A stretch of DNA of 63,470 bases, filler included, from Hausera hauseri (GCA_046269625.1; 12 parts of 12 records of this genome joined end to end with filler, not necessarily neighbours in it); one strand, 5' to 3'; counted from the whole stretch's first letter, positions 12,641-25,619 are shown. Notes: generated from the sequence alone by a model not told the origin. Numbers and translations are program-made.

Positions 12641-13635
12641 GAAAATACCTTGATGCGGAAAAGAGGCTGCCTGCTTCAGTTAGCATCGCGTAAATCGCAA
12701 TTTAAGATGATGTTAGAAGCTATGAATCGTGAACGATCCAAATCCCTAAGCGGACGATAGCAACTCAACGGACCAAATTTATAAAAGATATTTATTACTC
12801 GTTACGATGGGATCACGTGTGGCAACCCAGAAATTACATGCAAAATACGATATCCGAAAACAACAGCAAGAACCTAATACAAAAATTCCGAAAATGATTT
12901 AGTGAATACCCGAGTTATCAGGAAGTAGTACCCCAAGAACCTAACCGATTTCGAGTGACAGTTCAGAATAATCCAGTAGAAGTCCGTAACATCCAACAGA
13001 AACCATCGACCAGTCAATCTCAAAAAGAAATGACAGTGAAACCAAATAACCCTGACAACTCAAGAAGGAAAAAGACAAAGATTTCCTTTCTGGAATACAT
13101 TAGTAAGAAAAAGAGCAAACCGTGTAAAAACCAAACAGACAAAAATAAACCAGAAGCCAACAGCCCAATTCAGAAAGAACAGAAAAGCGATCAAAAGGAA
13201 ATATCGAACAAACGAGGAACAACAGAAAAAAATGAAAATCAGTTAAGAACTACCAAAACCGGATCGTTTAATACAGAAATTAACGTTCTTCGGAAAAATT
13301 GGGAGGAAGATACCCCAATTATCGTTACAGAATTCGGTCAAGTGAAAGAATATAAAAGACTCCTTGTCATGGCCGAATACTATAGCAAAGGAAAAATCTA
13401 ACAATTGCCGTAGATACCCAAGTTAGAATTCAGCTAAAAAGACAATACAAGAAAACTGGAGTACCTGATTTGGATAAACAAGACATAGTCAAAACGACCC
13501 TGTTTACGGTTTCCGACGATCCCAAATCAAAAGAGGTTATATGGATACTTATACCAAGACATGAAGGGACTGATATTTGAGAGAATAAAAGTGGACGAAA
13601 ACCTTGAGGACATTGATGCAGCTGAAAAAGACGAA

Positions 13636-13770
13636 TGTCCCGTTTGCAATGCGGATCTCTATCAGGGACTCATAGTATTGGACAACAAAGATTGCAGTCA
13701 CAAATATTTCCGCTACTGCTTAGAAACGTAGACCCTGAAAAATGGAAAAACGACCTGCCCAGTATGTAGA
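13636..13770 (+). pseudogene. RING finger domain
   Basis: CPVC-x15-CSHKYFRYCLET*TLKNGKTTCPVCR; TAG at the conserved Trp position and Phe at one ligand position; same frame as ORF 13822-14007. Confidence 0.8.
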
Positions 13771-13962
13771 ACCAAAGCTACCAGACTAAGATACTACTCA
13801 AAGGGAGAAAATAAGAAGATAGTGTCGGTACTACCCGAACAGGCCACGACGTCCTATTATCTTGACTTACAATCGCCATCGAACGAATCAGAATCAGAAG
13901 CGGACTTACGAGTACAAACAAACCGATTACGCAGCACCTCTACTGATGCAGTGGGCATATCC

Positions 13963-13973
13963 GAGAGGAAAAA
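13963..13973 (+). promoter_or_regulatory. Polypurine tract
   Basis: GAGAGGAAAAA directly before TGTTGTAAAA. Confidence 0.6.
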
Positions 13974-14573
13974 TGTTGTAAAATGGGCGCAAACTGTAAA
14001 TTTGTAAATAGTGTATCAAGCGAAACTGAAAAATGAAACCGAAAGTGAAACCGAAACTAAGTATCTGACACTAAAAATTGAAAACGAAAGAATTGTTATT
14101 ACCCAGAATTAATTAACCAGAGAATTGTAGTGATTATGTAAATATGAAAATAGTTTATTGGAAAAGAAAATACTTGTTTATTGTACGAAAGTTTCGGAAA
14201 ATTAATTGTAAATAATAAAATGTGAATTTATGCATGAAATTGCTTATGACTGCCGACTATATAAGGCAGTACAAAATCAATCAAAACGAATAAGTTAGAA
14301 TATAGTTTGTATTAGTCAAGCTGTTGGAAAAGCTCAGATATTAGGCGATTATTTGAAACTATTAAAACGATTTTCAGTTGCCAAACTCGCAGAGAAGTTC
14401 GAGTTATCAAATATTCCTTGAAAAAGGTTCAGTTAATACGTTGATCTTGGAACGATTTGTAGAAAATTTCCGATGACTGTATCGTCTGGTATATTGTTTT
14501 ATTTGTCAATAAATTTGCATTGTAAAATTCTCTTATAGTTTTCCGTAGCGCCTTACGAGGGACTTATACTACA
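13974..14573 (+). repeat. Putative 3' LTR, 600 bp
   Basis: TG...CA ends with an imperfect inverted repeat (TGTTGTAAAA / TTATACTACA), TATATAA at 14258, AATAAA at 14508, preceded by the PPT. No second LTR copy in the window to confirm it. Confidence 0.65.
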
Positions 14574-15499
14574 TTAAGGATTAAAATCNNNNNNNNNNNN
14601 NNNNNNNNNNNNNNNNNNNNNNNNNNNNNNNNTTAATTAATTAANNNNNNNNNNNNNNNNNNNNNNNNNNNNNNNNNNNNNNNNNNNNTTATTGCACACC
14701 CTGAAATACGTCTCGTTTTTCATCCCTATACTACTTACGTTTGATCCTTGCCATAATAGGAGTGTTACATGTTTTTCAATGTTTCAATCAGGCGATTTAA
14801 TAGTGGGCTGTTTTTTGTAGAGAAGAACATAATTATTCTTACATTAATTCAGTATATATGTTATGTCAGAGGTTCAGTACTTGTCTTTCACACCGGACAA
14901 CCATAGAGACGAGGGGTTAAACCATGGGTATGTCTGTACTGAGGACACTCGATTTTCGCCAGTGATTTGAACAAACAAACAAAAGTCCTGTGTCAGCAGG
15001 GTAGATATGACGAAACACCAGACGGGCGATAAACTTTAAGGCTAAATGTGAACATTTCGTGCAGTAAAGATCCCACGCAGTTGGAATCGAAATATAGTAG
15101 TTCAGACATGATATACTGAAATAGTAGATCTCAAAGTGGCTTGAGAAATTATATTACATCCTCAAAGTGGCGTAAGATATAGTTTAATGTAGCTAGCAAC
15201 ACTATAGTAATTGGAACCGTGCTACGAGATTTATAGAAGTAACAAGACAGATTAGAAATTTGCAGAACGAGGAATACGTAAATGAGAAGGCGAGGAAACA
15301 TGGAATTAACTTTTTAAAGATGTTTCCAGTAACTGTGTACAGTTTAGGAAATATATTCCATTTAAATGTCATTTTTAAAGGCACGTTTTTTTTTTTTTAA
15401 ATTTATTTTTTTATTGAAATAATAGTTATGTAATTTGTTTTGTATAAATTTAGTAGTTAATTGTTAGGTAATAGGGGTTTTGTGTTATGTCTTTGTTGT

Positions 15500-16620
15500 T
15501 GTAGCTGGTGTGTATCTTCTTTTTGATGACATCAGCATCTTGTGCCTTATTTTCTTTAGTTACGTGCAGTAAGGGACTGTGCTGGTGCCGTGGCTCGGGG
15601 ATGCTATCGTGTCGTATACGGGTAGTGGGGGCAAGGATATTTTGTTGTTAAGGGCATGTTTCTCAAGGGGATGGCAGTGGTGTAGGGGGTCTTTTTCGTG
15701 TTTAGGGGTATATTTTTTTCTGTTAAGAGCGGGTTTCTTATGTCGGCGGGCGTGGTTTAAGGCATCTTCTATGTGTTTAGGGACACGGAACCGGGATATT
15801 TTCTGTTAAGGGCGTGTTTCTCATGGTTGCGGGTGAGGTTTAGGGCGATTTCTTCGTGTTTAGGGACAGATCGCGACATTCAATGCCGTATTTTGTGTGT
15901 GGGCAAAGTCAAGGGAACGGGTTATGGGGTAGTGGTGTGTTCTGTCTTTGTAATAGTAGATGATGTCTATCTTCTTTTTGATGACCTCAGCGTCTTGATG
16001 CCATAATTTCTTTAATTACGTGCAATAAGGTACTGTGGTGGTACCGTGTCTCCGGGTTGGTAGTGTGTTTGGTACCGTGGGTAGTGGGTCATGAAAAGGG
16101 GTATTTTCTGTTAAAGTCGCGTTGCTTACGGTTGCGGGCGTGATTTGGGGTAACTTTTGCATGTTTAGAGACACGTAAGGAGTGATATTGTCTGTTAAAC
16201 TCGCGTTTCTTATAGTGCTGCCGGTGGTTTTGGTCGGCTTCCTCGCGCTTGTGCGTGTCTTTGCGAGTGAATCGGGACACGGAAGCGGGATATTTTCTGT
16301 TATGGTCGTGTTTCTTAGAGCGCTGTCGGTGGTTTAGGTCGTCTTCATCGCGCTTATGGATGTTTTGGGAGCCAGTCGGGTGGCATAAAAGAGGGATATT
16401 TTCTGTTAATGTCGCGTTTTTTACGGCTGTGGGCGTGGCTTATGTCGTGTTAAAGGGTATAGAAGAGAGATATTTTCTGTTAAGGGCGTGTTTCTCAAGG
16501 ATTTAGGACAGGTTCTTCGTGCTTAGGGGCATATTTTTTTTTGTTAAGGTCGCGTTTCTTACGGACGAGAGCGTGGTTTAAGTCGGGTTCAGGGACCTGT
16601 AAGTGGGATATTTTTTTAGT
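15500..16620. repeat. Degenerate G/T-rich repeat array (core GATATTTTCTGTTAAGGGCGTGTTTCT)
   Basis: About 10 variably spaced copies of the core, plus a higher-order duplication (15512-15650 vs 15966-16110). Confidence 0.8.
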
Positions 16621-17439
16621 TGCCACGGGTATCTTAACGTTTTATACTGATTCTAACAGCGCGTGGATATTTTCCGAAGTAAAAATCTACTAACAACATT
16701 TTTTTTATCGCCCGCTTAGAGGAACATAGAAATATTACCAAGCTTATCCAGCAAACAATGAAACATTCCGACAAACAAAACACACTATACGACCAACACG
16801 ACCCTTAACAATGGGCATTTATTAGAACAACGAAACGTGTTTGTCCACTTACAAAGCCTTCCCTTTTCCAGCGAATCGCTCAAGCGGAACATTTTAACAT
16901 TCATCTAACCAGCATTCCAGCGTTCGTCAGTGGACAAAGCCCGATAACGTCTCGCTTGTTCGCTGTCCAGCGAAGTGCAACACACCTGCCTGACCAACAT
17001 TCCAGTGTTTGCCCGCTTACAAAGGCTTCCTTTGTCCAGCAAAATGCTCAAGCGAAACATAACCGCATGTCCGAGTGACCGTATCTGGCCAGAGGTTAAA
17101 CGCGGCGGACAAAGGGATCCGTTGTTCAGTCAAATAAATCACGTCTTTTAACATTCATCTAACCGCCCTTTTACAAATATAGAAGCTTTTACAAAGCTAA
17201 CTTTTTTACTAACCTTTTAACTTGTTTCGTGAGCAACAGCATTTACAGACAAAGCAGAGTCAGCGTTTTCGTACACAACACGTGATCGATGACCTTGCTC
17301 AGTGACCCGTATCACCGAGCTTAAAAACATTTGACATGTTTGACAAAGCTTCGTGACTTATTTGTCTAATGACGCGTAACCTTTGTCACGAGGAAAAGAT
17401 TTTCGACAACGACCATTCGTTAACGACAAGGCCGCCCGT

Positions 17440-17860
17440 TTCTTAACGGGATACGTTTTCCACTATACGAACATGACGTTCGCACTAAAAGTCTAACTCG
17501 TCCGTCGTTACAGGACGACATTTTCCACTAAAAGTCCAACTCATCCGTCGTTACAGGACGACATTTTCCACTATATGGACACGAAGTCCGTCATTTATGT
17601 ATACAATTATATAGTGTAACGATAAGACTTTTTCAATAAAATGCCGACCTGTCCGTCGTTACAGTGCGACATTTTTAACTAAAAGTCCAATTCGCCCGTC
17701 GTTACCTGGCGACATTTTCCACTATACGGGCACGAAATCCGTCATTTATGTTTACAATTATATAGTGTAACGACAAGACTTTTTCACTAAAAGGCCACGA
17801 TACCCGTCATTAAAGCGAGGACTTTTACACTAAAAGACCATCATGGCCGTCGTTAACGGA
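17440..17860. repeat. Tandem array of ~40-bp units (TCCGTCGTTACAGGACGACATTTTCCACTA) nested in a ~150-bp period
   Basis: Near-identical blocks at 17532-17650 and 17682-17800. Confidence 0.85.
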
Positions 17861-17899
17861 CACAAACAAGCGGTTGTTACAACCGACATCTTTGTTGTC

Positions 17900-18720
17900 G
17901 ACACGAACGTTGTTTCAGTCGACACGCGATTACTAATAAAACATTTCTATGGCATTACAACTTTACCATGACACACGATTACTAATAAAACATTTCCCCA
18001 ATACAACTTTACGACGAAACACGATAGTGTAGACTGACAAAACAAGCAACATTTCCCTATACAACCAACATTTCCTACAAACCCACCAAACTTCCGACCA
18101 ACAACGACACTCGCTGACGAGGCTAACTGACAAGCAATATTTTCCCCACATTCATCCAGCACTAAAACTTTACCGAGACACTAAGAAACACAACATTTCC
18201 ATATCCAACTATCACTACAACACTAAAAAACCACCAACGACACACGATGATGATGCTAACTAACAAACCATTTCCTCTATACAACTGCCACTAAAACTTT
18301 ACCAAGACACTAAAACAACAACATTTCCCACAAACCACCAAGCCTCCGATCAACAGCACTTGCTGATGATGTTGATTTGTAGACAAGCAACGATACTGTC
18401 GACTGACAGAACAATACCACATTCCACTGTCACTACAACATTATCGAGAGACTAAAAAAGCAACATTCCCCTATCACTAAAACTTTACCAACACACAAAA
18501 CAACCAACATTTCACTCAAACCACCAAACTTCCGACCAACGGCACACGATGATGATGCTACCATTTTCCCCATCATCACATTCCCCTAGCACTAAAACTT
18601 CACCAAGACACTAAAAAACACAACATTTCCCTATACAAACGTCATTACAACACTACAAATTCACCAACGGCACATGATAATGATGATGATTAATAATGAA
18701 ACGAGGACCACTAACATACA
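17900..18720. repeat. Degenerate C/A-rich repeat array (CACTAAAACTTTACC; AAACCACCAAACTTCCGACCAAC; CAACATTTCCCTAT)
   Basis: Motifs recur at ~18160, 18290, 18475, 18590 and at ~18080, 18330, 18520. Confidence 0.75.
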
Positions 18721-21572
18721 ATTATGATGATAGAAGACAAGAAACATGTCGCTATACAACTACAAGACCAACTTTACCAAAAGACATGATAAAAAAATTG
18801 ACTCAAGTTTGACGATGCAGAAGAAGAAGAAAGGGCCACAAGGGGGCCACAAGGGTCCCAAATGACCACTTCACTACCTCAAGTAAGCCCCACAGCAAGT
18901 ATTGACACACTTTATACAAAAAAAACAAACAAGAACTCGCGTAATTATGCGGCTCCAATTAGTAGTATAGTAGTGGAATTGGGGTCGNNNNNNNNNNNNN
19001 NNNNNNNNNNNNNNNNNNNNNNNNNNNNNNNTTAATTAATTAANNNNNNNNNNNNNNNNNNNNNNNNNNNNNNNNNNNNNNNNNNNNTTGAACGGAGAGG
19101 GACGGCTTCAGGCCAGCGAGAAGCACGATCCATCATAGTGAGAATATGTTGATACCCGTTGTCGGAAGGTAAAGATCCGACGAGATCAAGATGGACGGTA
19201 TGAAGACGTGATGTTCATGGGAAATGGTAAAGCGGCGGTTTAAGATGTTTTCTGACTTTGTATTTTTGACAGTCGACGCATTCTTTAACCCAACCCTGTA
19301 CATATGTGCGCATTGATGGCCAAACTACATTACGTTGGAGCAAGCGAAAAGTTGCTTTCGAGCCTGGATGATGGAGTGAATGCGTGTGAAGAAAATCTGG
19401 CTTTTGCAGAGAAGGATCGAGAATGATTTTTTATTACCGGAGTTAGGTGTGTCGTATGCGATTCTATCAATGATTTCGAAGGATTTGAAAGAGTTAAGAA
19501 TATCTGCAGACGGTTGATTGAGCTTTAGAATTTCAATAGAAAATATTGGCTCGACCGTAATTGAGCCCATCGACCGTGATAGAAAATTCGCAACCAAATT
19601 TTCAGTACCTGAAATATACTTTATGACAAAACTAAATGTGTATAGGTATGATATCTGTCGTTCCTGCCTCGGTGATGGTTGTTTTAGTGACATGATGTGT
19701 AGCAGACTTGAGATCTATTTGGATGATAAATGGACGAGAGAGGAGGAGATGTTTGAAATGTTTTACTTCCAGAACTATGGCTAGTAGCTCACGATTGAAT
19801 GCAGAATATCGGCTTTCTGGTTGTGTAAGTTTTTGAGAGTAAAATTCCAAAGGTTCATTGACGCCGTTGGAAATTTGGTGTAGTATTGCACCAGTAGCTG
19901 TGGAAGAGGCATCGGTGGTAAGTATTAGCTCCGCGTCGGGTTTTGGGTAGGCCAGTATTTCGGCAGTTTTTAGGCCTTCGCGTAAGTGATCGAATTTGAT
20001 GACTAAATTGGGAGTCCATTAGATTAACTGTCTTTCCTTTCCAGATAAAAGGTGTGCGAAAGATGCCGTAAGCTCAGAGCAATGTGGTATGTATTTATGG
20101 ACAAAATGTAGTGTACCAAGAAAACTTCTCATATCTGTAGTGGTCGTTGGTAGTGTTACGTTTTTTAATTGCTGTAGTCGATCAGGTTATGGAGAGTGAC
20201 CGTGAGAAGTAATAATGTGGCCTAAGAAATTGACGCGTTTCTGAAAGAAATTGCACTTGGCGAAATTAACTTGTACGTTGCTATGATGTAGTTTGTGAAA
20301 AATGATTCGGAAGTGCCCATGGTGTTGTTTCACGGATTTGGAGGCAAATAATATGTCGTCGATGTAGGGATGAGCAAAATCAAGGCCTGAGAGAACGGTG
20401 TCGATGTGGTGTTGGAAAGTTTGTGCTGCGTTACGTAAACCGAATGGCATAAACATGTATTCGTAAAGTCCAAATGGAGTGATGACATCAGTTTTGGGAT
20501 GTCATCGGGTGAAACGGGAATTTGATGGTAGGCTTTGTGCAGATTTATTGTGGAATAGGTATTGGTGTTGTTATGACTCTGCAGGATGTCTATTATGAGC
20601 GGTAATGGGTAAGCATCCATCATGGTTAGATTGTTCACTAGACGGTAATTGCCACACGGTCGCAAAGTACCGTCCTTTTTTGCCACTACATGTAATGGTC
20701 AAGCCCATGGTAATTTGGATTTCCGAATGATACCAGATTTTTTGAGTTTGTTAAACTCTAATTCCACGGCTTTTCGTCTACAAGGCGATAATTGTCTCAC
20801 CTTTTGTCTGATAGGTCTTTGATGTTGGGTGACGATGTGGTGATAAGTTCTTGACAGGGGCTTTAAGCTAGAGTCTTTTTTGAGTATGCGACAGCAAGAA
20901 GAATTGATGTAATATTTGAGATTGGAATCTAGTGATAAAAATGATTGAGGCGTATTATCGGAGGAGGCGGTGACTGTGATTGGCGAAGAGTGAACGACGT
21001 TGTCGCCGTCAACGTTCGGTTTAACCGATTGTTTCAAAATTGACTTCGGTGTTTTAGGTGTAATTGAAAAAATAGATAAACTACTAGATGTATCGTTATT
21101 GACCGATAAGTAATTTGCCAAATTCATGTGTAAGTTCGCAGTCGTTTGGCCTGTTGCGTTGTCTATTAGACTGTTGCTAAAGTTCACGACGGAGTCTCTA
21201 CGTGGCAAACGACCATAATTGCAGTCAACTAGCAGGTCGTATGCGGCCAAAAAATCTGATCCTATTATTGCCGATTTAATGTTGACCACGTGGAATTTCC
21301 AAACAAACTTGCCTGGTAAGTTTGAGAATATAAAGACTAGTTCTGTGGTGCCTGTGATTCGCAAAGGTTGACCGTTGGCGGCGAAAAGCGGAGGGAAAAA
21401 ATTCACGTTGATGTATGGACAAAAGACAAAGGTAGGAGTGAAAAGGCAGCTCCTGAGTCAATGAGGAAATCGATATGTGAAGCATTGTTAGGGAACAGCG
21501 TAGCTTTTAACAGAAAAACTGCGGAAGCAATGTTAAGACGGCCAGAATGTGCCGTAACATCTAGCGGCCTTT

Positions 21573-21582
21573 TTAGTTTTTT
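21573..21582 (-). promoter_or_regulatory. -1 ribosomal frameshift site (gag-pol)
   Basis: A AAA AAC TAA at the Gag stop; the -1 frame reads LKRPLDV...FLIDSGA (protease). Confidence 0.75.
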
Positions 21583-22639
21583 GAAGATTGTGAAGGGAAA
21601 GAAGATGACTGATAGGCAGCAGGAGGAGGAAAAGAAAATGAAGAAAAACTGGAGTTGTTTTTGTAATGTTTACATCTTGGAACGCACGATCTGGCTAGAG
21701 AATGGAATTTTGTGTGATAAATACAGATAGGGCTGTCCACCGCAAAACGCTCGTCGTAAAATCTACAGCCCAAGAGACATTTTTCTGCGTTTCTACGAAA
21801 TTTCTTGTGATAAAAACAAATTCTTCGTCTGTCAGGAGATTTTGAACGAAATGAGTGCCTGGAGGGGCTACGCTCACGCGATGACGAGTCTCACCTCGCC
21901 GAGACATAGACAGATTACTTAGTTGGGCCGTGATGGCGGAAACTGAATGTTGCAGAGTATCGTATTGTTTCTGCATTAATTGTAGTTGCTGTGCGAAGAC
22001 AGTGGTGTCTACGTAAGATGAGGTATGCGTAGATGCTGCAGCTACGGGTTGTGAGTTGTTAGTTTGCAAGATTTCGAAGCTTTTATCAGCCAATAGGGCA
22101 AGTTTTTCAATCGCCGTCGAGTCATCAACGACAGTAAGGAGAACTTTGATGGAAGTGGGTAAGGAGGAGAGGAAATAACGACGAATCAAGTCCGCACTGT
22201 TGGTGGGGGTAACGCCAAGAGCACTTAGGTGTAAAATAGAGGTTTGCAAAAAGTCAGAAGGCTTTTGATTGCCTATAGCATGTTCGTTAAAGTACTTCTG
22301 TATTATATTGTCAATCGATGGATCGGTTATATGAAGAACAGACTCCTAAAGCATGTCATATGATGTCGACGAAGTAAGAATATCAGTAAGATTATTGATT
22401 TGATGTTTAATATTTGCTGGGAGAAGAAGTAAAAAGCTGTTGGCGCGCAAGAAAGAATCGGTAATATAATTGGCTTTAAGCCATTGTAAATGAAATTGTA
22501 GCCAAGTGCGGCTTAAATTAGTTTTATCGAGGAATAACTCTGTGCAAGGAAGGTTAGGAGAAACAGATTGTGCATAGTCAGCAGGGCGACGACCAGATCT
22601 TGTTTTGGACGAATTTTCATTAGAAGGATCAGGTTCCGA

Positions 22640-22858
22640 ACCGCCTAGGAGGTGAAAGTGAAGGGTGAGATGAATGATCGGAGAAGTGAAGGAAGAAAGT
22701 GAGTCAGATGGGTGTAGCACAGAACCATGGTGCAACAAATAAAAGTCGGAAGTGTGTAGGAAAGAGGATAGAGACATATAGTGGGCGTAAGCAATGTCCG
22801 TGTTACTAGTGTGTATAGTAAAAATATGTGTGTTATTTTTAAAAACAAAAAAAGAAAG
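22640..22858 (-). other. Ubiquitin-like domain ending in di-Gly at the Gag N-terminus
   Basis: 73 aa: LSFFVFKNNTHIFTI...DFYLLHHGSVLHPSDSLSSFTSPIIHLTLHFHLLGG; compare ubiquitin [36 protein letters not shown]. Confidence 0.6.
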
Positions 22859-23997
22859 TGGTTGAAGAGTGATGCCAGAGGCATGTTGTGGCGCACGGGT
22901 CACGGACACGCCTAGGTTTCCGATCAGATGATGCTTGGGCCGCATATCCGAAAGAGTAGTCACCACAACCGATCTCCGATGGCCAGTGTTTATCGAAGAC
23001 TGTTCGGGTGCTCCGTATATGTCAATAAGTTTAGAGAGTCGTGGATGTTTAATTAACCACACCTTATAATTTGAATAACCATAGAAAGAATCGGTCTAAC
23101 ATGCATCATCATCAACAAAAGGAATATCATCCCNNNNNNNNNNNNNNNNNNNNNNNNNNNNNNNNNNNNNNNNNNNNTTAATTAATTAANNNNNNNNNNN
23201 NNNNNNNNNNNNNNNNNNNNNNNNNNNNNNNNNATTAACTCATTTTGTGAAAATTTTGATAATATACATAATCTAAACTAATGATTAGATTAGTTTCACT
23301 GTATTATTATCCATTATAAATTGTTGTTCCAAAATTATTCCATAGCTTCCTCTTTTTTTGAGATGTTTATTTATTCTTTTCACATCCTAGTACTTCGGGT
23401 GCATTATCCACGTTTTCTGTTGAAGTCTTTTTAGGAGCAGAACGAGGTGTTTCTCTATAATATCGTAGTAAGACTTTCTATGCCATTTTTTAACATACCC
23501 CTTGTCTCATATAACGTCACCGCAGTCTCTTCTCAAACTCAGGATTCAATTTCATTCATAGCCATTTTCCACCAATTACTGTCCTCTCATTACCTGCCAA
23601 GGGAATTTTTTTTTCTTCTGTTATGTTGATGATTCTTCGATGTTCTGCATCTTCTCAAAGAACGTATAATTAGTTTTCTTTGCCTTCTGGGAGATTCGTT
23701 GAATTGTGGCAAAACTTTCGGTAAATTTGCGCTGAAATATAAGCCTTGTTGGACTGTCAAAGAAAAGGACAATTTCTTTAGGGAAAAAAATACAGACACG
23801 GATGTATAAACATTTTTTACCCACTTTACACAGAACTCTCATTTCTCGGTGGAAACCAAGACAACGTAGAATCCAAGAAATGAACGAATTAAAACTCTAA
23901 TAAGCGGGGACTGGTACTGGCGCAAAGAAAGCTCACGATCAAATATTTGAGGACTTAGGGAGTGGTAGAGTTTGCGAAGTAATAACTAAGGCTAGAA

Positions 23998-24300
23998 TTA
24001 GAGTTTTTGGACGAGAAAGATACATAGCGGAGGAGAAAACAGTATAGTATACACAGACATGCTACAAATTTGAGAAGCTAACGACGACGGGTAATAAAAT
24101 CCAAGCGGATCGAATACTCTGACAACAGTCGGATGGACGTACACAGCAATCCAATGTTCGCCCGGCAACAATGAAGTGTGTGTATTGACAATAAAGCCTC
24201 CGGTTTTTCGTAAATCACGCGGCACACGGTCCAGTGGAAACAGGCCACGAAATTTCACTCCTAAGAGCAGTTTGCGTAGTGACTGAGCTTAGTGGAGCTA
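23998..24300 (-). pseudogene. Adenain-like cysteine protease (Maverick PRO)
   Basis: FRGLFPLDRVP...FIVNTHTSLLPGEHWIAVY...FDPLG; the C-terminal Q..S..CG motif is not recognisable. Confidence 0.85.
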
Positions 24301-24387
24301 AATGTGAATTAAGTATAATAGTAATAGTAGTAATAAATTACTTCATATTACGACGAAGAAGAAAAGGTGATACAAACCGGATTTTAT

Positions 24388-25600
24388 TTATACAATGGCG
24401 GTTCCGTTTTTTGTTATTTGAACTTCGGTATCAAATACACTGAAAATGTACATCACCGTAGATTGCTCCAACGCTTGAGCAAAGTGAATCTCCAGTCGTA
24501 GGTTTCCCTGCTGAGGTATTTGAGTCTGTTTAACGTCATAGTCTGGAGCCAGGACAAAGGTGAAGAATGGATAGGTGGACTTGAGCAAATTTATCGATAT
24601 GCCATTGTTGATGTTTTTGTTGAGCAAACCTATGTTGCGCACGATAGATTGCATATATGTACAAACGTAATCATTAGACTCAAAGTCTTCTTTGTACGCC
24701 TCAACGAAATCCGCATTCCGACAGAAATTGATGTAATTCACATTGCTATGAGTAAACGTTTCTGAATCGGGGGTATAACCGCCCGTTTGTTGAACAGTTC
24801 TTTAAAATGTAACGAGCACAAATTTCGGCAATTGCGTGTCGCCAAACAGTGCATCTTTGTAAAACGTAGTTGAAACTTTTGGTATGGTGTAAAACACGAG
24901 TTCTGTGCGTTGTATCGGGTAACAGGCATTTTGCATTTCCAAACTTAATCGATGTCCCATGAGGATAGATGGTTCTGCCTTTACTCGACGTACGTATAAT
25001 CGTGCCTCGGTAATTTTCAGCATGGGTTTAAGCTGTGCAACGGTGGTTTTCAAACAAAAGACATTGTCGCTGCATTTGAGCTTAATCATGTCTTTAACAC
25101 CGGGAAGTACGTATTTCGACTAATCGAAAAAGTGAAAGTACAGCGGTCCACACATGGTAAGCGGTTTTGATTCTGCTATCCATGCCTGATGGTTTGCCTC
25201 TGTGGTATTGTATCGTTTTCATGTCTGCGCTGTAATTCAAAGTCATTTTAATGAGTGCTTTGGTATTGTATGGACTGGTTCTGCCTTTGATTTTGACGCT
25301 GTTCAGAGTCAGTGAAGCCTCTTGGAACAGTGTGCGGAAAAATTAATTGGCCGGTGTTACAGTGTCTGTTGTAGCGAGAACCGTTGACTAATCCTTTTTA
25401 ACAATGACTTTTACATAGAACAGCGTATCATTCAAATTCAGGTATTCATTGTCCGATGCCATAATGTTGAACTGAATGTTAATGTTATCGTCCGTTGAAA
25501 CCGAATCAACGGGGTAGATATCTTTAAATGCCGCACTGTCAATAACAACTTACGGCGTCGATTTGCCAAATATACACAATTAAGATTTTGCAGATTCCAT
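24388..25600 (-). pseudogene. Double jelly-roll major capsid protein (Maverick PY/hexon-like)
   Basis: MESAKS*LCIF...IQFNIMASDNEYLNLNDTLFYVK...PAN*FFRTLFQ...KITEARLYVRRVK...YPIQRTE...LPKFVLVTF...GNLRLEIHFAQAL. Confidence 0.88.
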
Positions 25601-25619
25601 TTGTCTATCAATCAGTCAA

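Larger units (their letters stand above)
6060..14573 (+). mobile_element. Large Ty3/Gypsy-type LTR element, copy A (5'-truncated, decayed): glycoprotein C-term - PR - RT - RH - IN - accessory domains - PPT - LTR
   Basis: Domain motifs occur in Gypsy order; homologous to 48655-54277 (-) and 38745-42891 (+); many stops and frameshifts. Confidence 0.9.
19088..22960 (-). mobile_element. CsRN1-clade Ty3/Gypsy retrotransposon, copy 1 (gag-PR-RT-RH-start of IN; decayed)
   Basis: Gag KPSDFLQ..., CHCC motifs; PR FLIDSGAAFS, IIGSDFL; RT LRPCGNYR, MPFGLRNAAQTFQ, PYIDDIL; RH TTDASS, YSAFNRELLA; IN VHLDLVGSLP, MDRASRWPEAVP. Confidence 0.88.

Noticed and set aside
6464-13731. Alternative genetic code or programmed readthrough (stops at Trp positions)
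   Set aside because: TGA, TAG and TAA all occur, replace different residues, differ between copies and coexist with frameshifts; ordinary decay explains them.
14935-14975. Hammerhead ribozyme (CTGAGGA + stem)
   Set aside because: No GAAA after the putative stem II and no convincing stems I/III.
17440-17860. CRISPR-like array
   Set aside because: The intervening sequences are themselves repeated, units are degenerate, there are no cas genes, and the context is eukaryotic.
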